Origin: Pseudomonas sp. PDNC002
Lineage (GTDB): Bacteria; Pseudomonadota; Gammaproteobacteria; Pseudomonadales; Pseudomonadaceae
Reading direction: 5' to 3'
Assembly: GCF_016919445.1 (NCBI RefSeq)
Contig: NZ_CP070356.1
Span: 3,575,502 to 3,599,501 of the forward strand
DNA length: 24,000 bases
A program made the translations under genes and the position numbers. Positions 15,282 to 23,337 of the stretch are shown here, in pieces. The first letter of the stretch is position 1. Each line of letters starts with the position of its first letter. Under the pieces are notes generated by a model that saw only the letters and a program-made list of their open reading frames with translations, was not told the origin of the DNA and did no database searches.

Positions 15282-15593
15282 ATGACTCAACTCTTCGAAC
15301 TCTGCAGCCTGATCCGCTCCAAGAACGCCGGCCCGTTCATGCTCACCTTCGACCTGATGTTCGCATCGGCGGAGAGTTACCAGCGCGCCAAGCGGACCCA
15401 GCCCATCACCCGTGAGCTGATCTCGCGCATTTATCGCCAGCCGGAGGACGACATCACGCTGGTTTACCACGACGCGGCACAGGCGATAAAAATCTCCTTT
15501 CCCAGGCCGGTCTTCCAGGGCGAGCTGCACGACAGCGATTGCTACGGCGGTCAGCAATACGTGCCGCTGATGGGCATCACGGTCGCCGAATGA
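15282..15593 (+). CDS. DUF4387 protein (equivalent to the AtuA C-terminal ferredoxin-like domain)
   Basis: 103 aa: MTQLFELCSLIRSKNAGPFMLTFDLMF...AIKISFPRP. It starts 3 nt after the DUF1446 stop, with GAGGTG RBS. In full-length AtuA proteins this domain is fused to DUF1446, so the two genes read as a split AtuA. Confidence 0.75.
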   Translation: MTQLFELCSLIRSKNAGPFMLTFDLMFASAESYQRAKRTQPITRELISRIYRQPEDDITLVYHDAAQAIKISFPRPVFQGELHDSDCYGGQQYVPLMGITVAE

Positions 15594-15630
15594 TCACCTT
15601 CGATTCGCACAACAAGAATAAGGAATGAAC

Positions 15631-16920
15631 ATGGCCTGGGTCGGTTTTGCCATGGTGTTGACCTTCATGTACCTGATCATGAGCCAGCGGCTGTCCGCGG
15701 TCGTGGCGCTCATCCTGGTACCGGTCTGCTTTGCGGTTGCCTGCGGCTTCGGGCCGCAAACCGGAGGCATGGTGCTGGACGGCGTGCGTCAGCTCGCGCC
15801 CACGGCGCTGATGCTGATGTTTGCCATCCTGTTCTTCTCGATCATGTATGACGCCGGGTTATTCGAGCCGGCGGTGCGCCGGATCGTGCGGGCCGTGGGC
15901 AACGATCCGCTGCGGGTCAGCGTGGGAACCGCGGCCTTGTCGGCACTCATCTCCCTGGATGGCGACGGCTCGACCACGGTCCTGGTGGTCGTCACGTCCA
16001 TGCTGCCGGTCTATCGGCGCCTGGGCATGAACCCGCTGATTATCGCGACGCTGGTGTTGCTGACCAATACATCCATCAACCTGGTGCCCTGGGGCGGGCC
16101 CACGGCACGCGCGGCGAGCGCGCTGCACGTGGATGCCATGCAGGTCTTCCAGGGACTGGTTCCGACCATGATCGCCGGCATCGCTTTCGCCTTCCTGGCG
16201 GCGGTCTGGTTCGGCCTCCGGGAGCGCCGGCGCCTGGGATGGACGCCGCAGTCAGGGGAGGCGAATCTTTCCGAGGAGATCCTCGCCGAGGTCCGCGAAA
16301 CCCATCGCCCGAAGCTGTTCTGGGTCAACCTGGCGCTGACCATCGGCCTGGTGTTGTCCATGGCGCTCGGGCTGGGGCCGCTGCCGGTGCTGATGATGGT
16401 CGCCTTCGCCCTGGCATTGCTGATCAATTACCCGAGGCTGGATCAGCAAAAGGCGCGGATTGCCGCGCATGCCGACAATGTCCTCAACGTGCTGGCGCTG
16501 ATATTCGCCGCGGGCGCCTTCACCGGCATCCTGGCAGGCACCGGGATGGTGGACGCCATGTCGGGCAAGTTCCTGGCCGTGGTTCCCGAAAGCGCGGGCC
16601 CGTACCTGAGCGTCATCACGGCCTTTGCCAGCGTTCCGTTCACCTTCTTCATGTCCAACGACGCCTTCTACTTCGGCATCCTGCCGGTGCTGGCGAAAAG
16701 CGCTGCGCAATATGGCGTCGACCCGGTGCTGGTGGCCCGCGCATCGGTCCTCGGCCTGCCGGTCCATGCGCTCAGCCCGCTGGTGGCGGCGGGGTACCTG
16801 ATGAGCGGGTTGCTGAAGGTCGAGGTCGGCGCGCTCCAGCGGTTCTCCCTGAAATGGGCGCTTGCCAGCTCGCTGGTACTGATCGCCGCGGCCCTGGCAA
16901 GCGGCGCCATCCTGGCCTAG
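15631..16920 (+). CDS. CitMHS-family (citrate-divalent-metal:H+ symporter family) transporter
   Basis: About 429 aa, polytopic. The N-terminus MAWVGFAMVLTFMYLIMSQRLSAVVALILVPVCFAV and the internal LPVYRRLGMNPLIIATLVLL and NDAFYFGILPVL match the CitM/CitH family. The track start (15625) has AAGGA immediately abutting it. The ATG at 15631 has proper 6-nt spacing. Confidence 0.85.
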   Translation: MAWVGFAMVLTFMYLIMSQRLSAVVALILVPVCFAVACGFGPQTGGMVLDGVRQLAPTALMLMFAILFFSIMYDAGLFEPAVRRIVRAVGNDPLRVSVGTAALSALISLDGDGSTTVLVVVTSMLPVYRRLGMNPLIIATLVLLTNTSINLVPWGGPTARAASALHVDAMQVFQGLVPTMIAGIAFAFLAAVWFGLRERRRLGWTPQSGEANLSEEILAEVRETHRPKLFWVNLALTIGLVLSMALGLGPLPVLMMVAFALALLINYPRLDQQKARIAAHADNVLNVLALIFAAGAFTGILAGTGMVDAMSGKFLAVVPESAGPYLSVITAFASVPFTFFMSNDAFYFGILPVLAKSAAQYGVDPVLVARASVLGLPVHALSPLVAAGYLMSGLLKVEVGALQRFSLKWALASSLVLIAAALASGAILA

Positions 16921-16963
16921 GCAAGAGCACTTACCGTCTCACTCCAGTGCTGCTCCACCATTG

Positions 16964-16985
16964 ACCCGCTTCGGCGGGTTTTTTT
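16964..16985 (+). terminator. Rho-independent terminator of the DUF1446-DUF4387-CitMHS operon
   Basis: ACCCGC-TTCG-GCGGGT stem-loop (16964-16979) followed by a T7 run, 44 nt after the transporter stop. Confidence 0.75.
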
Positions 16986-17220
16986 ATGGCGCTCCATGGC
17001 TTTCGCGAGTGGCCTCGGACGCAATCGGCGCAGCGACCTTCGAGCCCGGCGGATGTACGGTCGGCAAATCCTCTGAACTATCGCGGCGGGGATGATTCCA
17101 CCGAGGGAGCGTCCGCCACTCTGGCGTTTCGCCGAACCGTGGGGTGACGACAGCGCCGGCCCGTTGCTGGCGCCGCGAATCCTCGATGCGCAGGGGCACC
17201 GCTGCCCCGGGAGATGCAGG

Positions 17221-17406
17221 ATGAAAGAGGAAATTGTGCCCGAGCCCCGTCCGGGGCCGATCGCCGAACATGACAAGGACGGCGAGCGGCCGCCGAAGAC
17301 GCCGGTCCGCCAGGAGGAGCCCGATCCAGCCCGTCCAGGGCCGGTGATCGAAGAGCCCCACGAGGAAGACGACCCCGCGCAGGACGATTCGAACGATCGG
17401 CGGTGA
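17221..17406 (+). CDS. Hypothetical small acidic Pro/Glu-rich protein (61 aa)
   Basis: ATG 17221 is preceded by GGAG 7 nt upstream. The translation is MKEEIVPEPRPGPIAEHDKDGERPPKTPVRQEEPDPARPGPVIEEPHEEDDPAQDDSNDRR. Third-position GC is high, as in the neighbouring genes. I recognise no family, so this could be non-coding. Confidence 0.3.
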   Translation: MKEEIVPEPRPGPIAEHDKDGERPPKTPVRQEEPDPARPGPVIEEPHEEDDPAQDDSNDRR

Positions 17407-17562
17407 GCCACTGCCGGCGCCTGGGATCGAGGCCCTGGAGGGCGCCGTCCCGGGCCTCTGTGCGCCGCCAGCGCGGAGCGAGCCCCTTTGTAGTGGATTG
17501 GTAGCGGATGAGTTTGCCCGCAGCGCCCGGCGTCCGCCGCAGCCGGTGTCCGGGAGGTCGAC

Positions 17563-18633
17563 ATGAAGAAGCGCTACACCGTGCCACTGGTGAGCCTGGC
17601 GGTGATCGTCGTCCTGCTGGTGGCCGCGCATATCGCGTTGCCCTACGTGATCCGCAATTACCTCAACGAGAAACTCGACCGCATGGGCGATTACCACGGC
17701 CAGGTCCTCGACGTGGACCTGGCGCTGTGGCGCGGCGCGTATCGCATCAACGGTCTGCGGATCGTCAAGGTCAACGGCAAGGTGCCGGTGCCGCTGCTCG
17801 ATGCGCCGGTGATCGACCTCTCGGTGAGCTGGCACTCGCTGTGGTACGACCACGCCGTGGTGGCGCGGGTCGTATTTCTGCGGCCGGAACTGAACTTCGT
17901 CGACGGTGGCAGCCGCCAGGACTCGCAGTCCGGCGCCGGCACCGATTGGCGGGAGCAGCTGGAGAAGCTGTTGCCGATCACCTTGAACGAAGTGCGCGTG
18001 CAGGATGGCCGCTTCAACTTCCGCAACTTCCACTCCAGACCGCCGGTGCATCTCGTCGCCAGCGACGTGCAGGCGAGCCTCTACAACCTCACCAACGTTG
18101 CCGATGCCAAGGGCGAGCGGGTGGCGCGCTTCGATGGCCGTGCGCAGCTCTTCGGGCATGCGCCGATGACCGTGCAGGCGAGCTTCGATCCGTTTTCCAA
18201 CTTCGAAGACTTCGAGTTGCGCCTGCGCGTCAACGATGTCGAACTGCGCCGCCTCAACGATTTCGCCTCGGCCTATGGCAAGTTCGATTTCAACCAGGGC
18301 CACGGCACGCTGGTGATCGAGGCCCAGGCCGAGAAGGGCCAACTGAGCGGGTACATCAAGCCATTGCTGCGCGACGTGGATGTCTTCAACTGGCAGCAGG
18401 ACGTCGAGAACAAGGACAAGAGCCTGTTCCGTTCGATCTGGGAAGCGCTGGTGGGCGGCGGAGAGACTGCTCTGAAGAACCAGCGCAAGGACCAGTTCGC
18501 CACGCGCGTGGAGCTCAGCGGCAGCGTCCACCGGCAGGACATCAACGGCTTCCAGGCCTTTCTCGGCATTCTGCGCAATGCCTTCATCCAGGCCTTCAAC
18601 GCGCGCTACGAGCGATCTGCGCCGGAGCAGTGA
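17563..18633 (+). CDS. DUF748 domain-containing (AsmA-like) membrane-anchored protein
   Basis: 356 aa. GGAGG RBS. An N-terminal transmembrane anchor (VPLVSLAVIVVLLVAAHIAL) is followed by YVIRNYLNEKLDRMGDYHGQVLDVDLALWRGAYRINGLRIVKVNGKVPVP, which matches my recollection of Pseudomonas DUF748 proteins. Confidence 0.75.
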   Translation: MKKRYTVPLVSLAVIVVLLVAAHIALPYVIRNYLNEKLDRMGDYHGQVLDVDLALWRGAYRINGLRIVKVNGKVPVPLLDAPVIDLSVSWHSLWYDHAVVARVVFLRPELNFVDGGSRQDSQSGAGTDWREQLEKLLPITLNEVRVQDGRFNFRNFHSRPPVHLVASDVQASLYNLTNVADAKGERVARFDGRAQLFGHAPMTVQASFDPFSNFEDFELRLRVNDVELRRLNDFASAYGKFDFNQGHGTLVIEAQAEKGQLSGYIKPLLRDVDVFNWQQDVENKDKSLFRSIWEALVGGGETALKNQRKDQFATRVELSGSVHRQDINGFQAFLGILRNAFIQAFNARYERSAPEQ

Positions 18634-18690
18634 CGGCCGTTGCAGGCGGGTGGTCTGTTTTCGTCAGGAAACGCTCGCGTCTGAGGTACC

Positions 18691-19473
18691 ATGCCGCGCC
18701 GAAACCTCCGCCCAACCCGCCGGTCGCTTATGTCCTCCAACGCGCTGTACACCGATCTTTCCGCCTACTACGACCTGATGTGCGCCGACATCGACTACCA
18801 CGCGCAGAGCCACTGCGTGCGCCGGCTGCACCAGTTGTTCGGCAACCAGGGCGATCGGCACCTGGATCTCGCCTGCGGAACCGGGCCGCACGTGCGCCAC
18901 TTCCTCGACTTCGGCTACCGCAGCGCCGGCCTGGACATCAACCAGCCCATGCTGGATATCGCCCAGTCGCGTTGTCCGGAGGCGCAGTTCAGCCGGCAGG
19001 ACATGGCGGATTTCCGCGTGGCCGAGCCGCTGGACCTGATCACCTGCTTTCTCTACTCGATCCACTACAACGCCGGCATCGAGCCTTTGCGCAGATGCCT
19101 GGACAGCGTCCACGGCGCCCTCGCGGAGAACGGCGTGTTCTGCTTCAACACGGTGGACAAGGGGCAGATCGACAACCGCTCGTTCGTGCGCCACGCGGTG
19201 GAGCACGAGGGCAGCCGCTTCACCTTCGGCTCCGGCTGGTACTACAGCGGCGCGGGCGAGCGGCAGGCGCTGCGCCTGAGCATCGAGAAGAACACGGCGG
19301 GCATGATCGAGTCCTGGCAGGACGAACACACCATGGTCGCGCTGAGCTTCACCGAGCTGCAGCAGCTGTTGGCGCCGCAGTTCGACGTGCACGTCTTCGA
19401 GCATGACTACGAGCGGATCACGCCGTGGGGCGGTACGTCGGGGAATGCGTTGTTCGTCTGCGTCAAGCGCTAG
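18691..19473 (+). CDS. Class I SAM-dependent methyltransferase
   Basis: 260 aa. Motif I is HLDLACGTGPHVRHF, the post-I acidic residue is in GLDINQPML, and motif II-like sequence is DLITCFL. GAGG RBS 4 nt before ATG 18691. An alternative ATG is at 18730. Confidence 0.8.
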   Translation: MPRRNLRPTRRSLMSSNALYTDLSAYYDLMCADIDYHAQSHCVRRLHQLFGNQGDRHLDLACGTGPHVRHFLDFGYRSAGLDINQPMLDIAQSRCPEAQFSRQDMADFRVAEPLDLITCFLYSIHYNAGIEPLRRCLDSVHGALAENGVFCFNTVDKGQIDNRSFVRHAVEHEGSRFTFGSGWYYSGAGERQALRLSIEKNTAGMIESWQDEHTMVALSFTELQQLLAPQFDVHVFEHDYERITPWGGTSGNALFVCVKR

Positions 19474-19535
19474 GCCGCGGCCGGTAATCCACGCGGGGCC
19501 CCGCCCGGGCGCCGTGGGGATCGGCCGCGTCGCGC

Positions 19536-20849
19536 CTACGCCCGCTCGGGGCGGCGCAGTCCTAGGTGCTCGCGCAGCGTGCTGCCCCGGTATTCGCGGC
19601 GGTACAGCCCGCGCTTCTGCAACTCCGGCACGACGAGGTCGACGAAGCTGTCCAGGCCATGGGGCAGCAGCGGCGGCATGATGTTGAAACCATCGGCGGC
19701 GCCGGCGCTGAACCAGGCTTCCAGGTGATCGGCGATCTGCTTCGGGTCGCCGACCAGCGTGCAGTGCCCGCGCGCGCCAGCGACCCGCAGGTAGAGTTGG
19801 CGCAGGGTCAGGTTCTCGCGGCGGGCCAACTCGATGAACAGCGCCTGGCGACTCTTCATGGCATTGCTGGGCGGCAGTTCCGGCAGCGGCCCGTCCAGCG
19901 GGAAGCGCGACAGGTCCAGGCCGCCGGCCATGCCCGACAGCAGGGCGAGGCCGAGTTCCGGTTCGATCAGCCCTTGCAGCTCGGCGTGAAGGTCCTCGGC
20001 TTCGCTCTGGGTCCGACCGATCACCGGGGAGATGCCCGGCATGATCTTCAGCTCGTGGGGTTCACGTCCATAGCCAGCCAGGCGCCCCTTCAGGTCGCTG
20101 TAGAAGGCGCGTGCATCCTCCAGCGTCTGCTGCGCGGTGAACACCACTTCGGCGGTGCGCGCGGCCAGGGCCTTGCCTGGCTCCGACGACCCCGCCTGCA
20201 CCAGCACCGGGTGGCCCTGCGGCGCACGCGGCTGGTTCAGCGGACCGCGCACCCGGTAGTAGTCGCCATGATGGGCGAGGGTCCGTAGTTTTGCCGGGTC
20301 GAAGTAGCTGCCGCTGAGCTTGTCGCGGCGGAAGGCGTCGTCGGCGAAGCTGTCCCACAGGCCGCGGGCGACGTCGATGAACTCCTCGGCGCGGGCATAG
20401 CGGTCGGCGTGCTCGAAGTGCTGGTCGAGGCCGAAGTTCTGCGCTTCCTGGTCGGTGGCGGAGGTCACCAGGTTCCAGCCGGCGCGGCCGCCGGACAGGT
20501 GATCGAGCGAGGCGAAGCGGCGCGCCAGCAGGTAGGGATCGTTGTAGCTGGTGGAGACCGTGGAAATCAGGCCGATGCGCTCGGTGACCGAGGCCAGCGA
20601 GGCGAGCAGCATCAATGGGTCGAATACCTCGCCGTGGGTGGTGTGCGCGGCGAGCTCGTTGCTCCCCAGCAGGGCGAGGTTGTCGGCGAAGAAGATCGCG
20701 TCGAACAGGCCGCGCTCGGCGGTCTGCGCCAGGCGGCGGAAGTGTGCGAAGTCCAGCGCCGCGGTGGGCGCCAGTGGGTGGCGCCAGGCGGCGAGGTGGT
20801 GGCCGCTGCCCATCAGGAAGGCGCCGAGGCTGATCTGTGTCTGGCTCAT
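19536..20849 (-). CDS. FMNH2-dependent LLM-class monooxygenase, NtaA/SnaA/DszA(SoxA) family
   Basis: The N-terminus ISLGAFLMGSGHHLAAWRHP and the overall ~437-aa length are typical of this family. The track start (20855) is a GTG. The ATG at 20849 has GAGG 5 nt upstream, and that RBS overlaps the TBDR stop codon. Confidence 0.85.
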   Translation of the reverse strand: MSQTQISLGAFLMGSGHHLAAWRHPLAPTAALDFAHFRRLAQTAERGLFDAIFFADNLALLGSNELAAHTTHGEVFDPLMLLASLASVTERIGLISTVSTSYNDPYLLARRFASLDHLSGGRAGWNLVTSATDQEAQNFGLDQHFEHADRYARAEEFIDVARGLWDSFADDAFRRDKLSGSYFDPAKLRTLAHHGDYYRVRGPLNQPRAPQGHPVLVQAGSSEPGKALAARTAEVVFTAQQTLEDARAFYSDLKGRLAGYGREPHELKIMPGISPVIGRTQSEAEDLHAELQGLIEPELGLALLSGMAGGLDLSRFPLDGPLPELPPSNAMKSRQALFIELARRENLTLRQLYLRVAGARGHCTLVGDPKQIADHLEAWFSAGAADGFNIMPPLLPHGLDSFVDLVVPELQKRGLYRREYRGSTLREHLGLRRPERA

Positions 20850-20856
20850 GTTCACC

Positions 20857-23184
20857 TCAGAAGTCGTAGCGCAGGGTCACGCCGGTCACGCGCGGCTGGC
20901 CCGGATAGCCCACGTACAGGCCGTTGGAGGAGGCGATGACCGCCTGGTAGTACTCCTTGTCGAAGGCGTTCTTCACCCACAGGGAGGCGTCCAGCAAGCC
21001 GTCGCCGACCTCGTGGCGCAGGCCCACGGAGAAGTTGGCCAGGCCGTAGCCGGGGATCTTCGACAGGCTGGAATTGTCCAGCGTGCCCTCGGCCTCGGAG
21101 CGGTAGGCGTAGCTCGCGGTGACGTAGGGTTCGAAGCGGTTGTCCAGTTGCCACTTGTATTCGCCGTTGAGGTTGGCGATCCAGCGCGAGGCGCCCATCA
21201 CCCGGTCGCCGGAGAGGTCGCAGGTGCTCGGTGCGCCGGGCTGGCTGCTGACTTCGGCCGGGCAGGGTGCGTCCTTGAACGACAGGTAGGTGACGTCGTT
21301 GAACGAGCCGTTGACGTTCAGCGTCAGGCCGCGCAGCGGCAGCGCGGTGGCCTCGAACTCCAGGCCGCGCGAGCGCAGGTCGCCGGCGTTGGCCAGCACC
21401 TGGTAGCCGGTCACCGAGCCAGCGGGCTGGTAGTAGGTCGTGGCCTGGTAGCCGGTGATGCCAGTCCAGAACAGGTTGGCGTTGAGCTGCAGGCGACGGT
21501 CGAAGAGGGTGCTCTTGATCCCCAGTTCGGCGTCGTTGGCGCGCTCGGGGCCGACCAGCAGGGAGTCGGCACCGGCACTGGGCGCGCTGCCGACGCTGAG
21601 GTTCACCCCGCCGGATTTCTCGCCGTGGGACAACGAGGCATAGCCGAGCAGGTTATCGTCGAAGGTGTAGCTCAGGCTGAGCAGCGCCGAGGGCGCGGCA
21701 TTGTGCAGGCTGAGGTCGCCGGAGTCGTAGGCGCCGGCCTGGCTGGCGCGGATCGCCGCCGGGATGCCGCCGACCGCGGCGCCGCCTTGCGGTGCGTAGC
21801 GCTCGACCTGCGCCTGCTTTTCTTCATAGGTGCCGCGCAGGCCGACGGTGAAGTCCAGCTTGTCGCTCAGGTGCCAGGTGCCCTGGGAGAACAGGGCGAA
21901 GCTGTTGGTGTCGATCCAGCCCTTGCTGGTGCTGCTGACGTTGTTCAGCGCGTTGAAGTTGGCGCCGATCAGGTTGAGGTCGGCCAGCGGGCCGAGGTCG
22001 ACGAAGTAGCGGTTGTTCAGGCTCTGGCGGAAGGCGTAGGCGCCCACGACGTAGTCGAAGGCGCCACCGGTGGGCGAGGCCAGGCGGATTTCCTGGGAGA
22101 ATTGGCGGTCGTGGATCTCGTAGCCCAGGTCGCGGATCACCGGTACGTCCAGTTCGTCCGAATCGTTGGCCGGGTTGAAGTGCCAATAGCGGTAGGCACT
22201 GATGGACGTCAGCGTGTAGCCGCCATCGAGGTTCCAGTTGGCCTCCACGGAGCTGGCGTTCTGGTGGACGCTGACGTTCTGCCGGCCGTCGATATTCGAC
22301 TTGCCCAGCACCGGGTTGGCGCCGACCAGCGCGGCGCGGCGCCAGAACTGGCTGGAGGCGCCATAGATCACGCCGCTGCCCTGGCTGGAGTTCTCGCTGT
22401 TGTACTCGTTGATCCAGCGCAGGCTGAAATCGTCGTTGGGCTGGAACAGCAATTGGCCGCGCACTCCCTCGCGCTCGCCGCCGAGCAGGGTGCGGCCGTC
22501 GGAGAGGTTGTTCAGGTAGCCGTCGTCGCGGGTGCGATAGAGCGACAGGCGCCCGGCGAGGGTGTCGGTCAGCGGGCCGGAGAAACTGCCCTTGCCCTGG
22601 AAGTAGCCGTTCTCGCCACCGGAGGTTTCGATGCTGCTCTCGGGGGTGAAGGTCGGTTTGCGCGTGGTGATGTTCAGCACGCCGGCGGTGGTGTTCTTGC
22701 CGAACAGGGTGCCCTGCGGGCCACGCAGCAGGTCGAGTTGCTCGATGTCCATCAGGTCGAACACGGCCATGCCGGGGCGGCCGAGGTAGACGTTGTCCAG
22801 GTAGATGCCGGCGGAGCCTTCCAGGCCGTCGCTGGCCGGGTTGTTGCCGATGCCGCGCACGGCCAGGCTCGACTGGCGCGCGTGGATATAGGCGACGTTG
22901 ACGCTGGGCAGCGCCTGCTGCAGGTCCTGGATCTTGTAGATGCGCTGCTTGTCGAGGGTGTCGCCGCTGAGCGTGGTGATCGGTGTCGGCACGTCCTGGG
23001 CGTTCTCTTCGCGGCGGCGAGCGGTCACCGTGACCGTCTGCAGAGCATCGGCGCTGGCTTGGCCGTCGGAGCTGGCGGCGCCCTGCTCATCGGCGACGGC
23101 GTTGCCAGCGGCCAGCAGCAGCGCCAGGGTCAGTGGATGCAGCGCCAAGCCGGTACGGCTGGTGCGCGAAGGAAGTCTATGCAT
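20857..23184 (-). CDS. TonB-dependent outer-membrane receptor
   Basis: The track ORF extends to 23307. The internal ATG at 23184 (AAGGA RBS) gives the signal peptide MHRLPSRTSRTGLALHPLTLALLLAAGNAVA/DEQ. Plug motifs are LQTVTVTA and LDLLRGPQGTLFGKNTTAGVLNITTRKP. The barrel ends GVTLRYDF. Confidence 0.9.
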   Translation of the reverse strand: MHRLPSRTSRTGLALHPLTLALLLAAGNAVADEQGAASSDGQASADALQTVTVTARRREENAQDVPTPITTLSGDTLDKQRIYKIQDLQQALPSVNVAYIHARQSSLAVRGIGNNPASDGLEGSAGIYLDNVYLGRPGMAVFDLMDIEQLDLLRGPQGTLFGKNTTAGVLNITTRKPTFTPESSIETSGGENGYFQGKGSFSGPLTDTLAGRLSLYRTRDDGYLNNLSDGRTLLGGEREGVRGQLLFQPNDDFSLRWINEYNSENSSQGSGVIYGASSQFWRRAALVGANPVLGKSNIDGRQNVSVHQNASSVEANWNLDGGYTLTSISAYRYWHFNPANDSDELDVPVIRDLGYEIHDRQFSQEIRLASPTGGAFDYVVGAYAFRQSLNNRYFVDLGPLADLNLIGANFNALNNVSSTSKGWIDTNSFALFSQGTWHLSDKLDFTVGLRGTYEEKQAQVERYAPQGGAAVGGIPAAIRASQAGAYDSGDLSLHNAAPSALLSLSYTFDDNLLGYASLSHGEKSGGVNLSVGSAPSAGADSLLVGPERANDAELGIKSTLFDRRLQLNANLFWTGITGYQATTYYQPAGSVTGYQVLANAGDLRSRGLEFEATALPLRGLTLNVNGSFNDVTYLSFKDAPCPAEVSSQPGAPSTCDLSGDRVMGASRWIANLNGEYKWQLDNRFEPYVTASYAYRSEAEGTLDNSSLSKIPGYGLANFSVGLRHEVGDGLLDASLWVKNAFDKEYYQAVIASSNGLYVGYPGQPRVTGVTLRYDF

Positions 23185-23337
23185 GGCTTGTCCTTGCAGC
23201 GGGGCCGTGGCACGCACGGCTGGAAGTCGGCGGAACGGGGGCTGGTCACCCCTCTGGTCGCTGATGCTAGGCAAGCGCGTTCGAGTACGATGGGCTTTGG
23301 CGGACAATCCATGGTCCGCCGCAGACAGAGGCCGCTC

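Noticed and set aside
19474-19535. Possible terminator hairpin (palindrome CGGGGCCCCG flanked by CCACG...CGTGG) between the convergent methyltransferase and monooxygenase genes.
   Set aside because: The stem geometry is ambiguous and there is no U-run on either strand. This is too weak to report as a feature.
23185-23337. A sigma-54 promoter (TGGCAC-N5-TTGC) near 23203-23220, upstream of the second TonB receptor.
   Set aside because: The TGGCACG word is on the + strand and points away from the minus-strand receptor gene, and the -12 element is GCTG rather than TTGC. On the correct strand the sequence reads TGCCAC, not TGGCAC.
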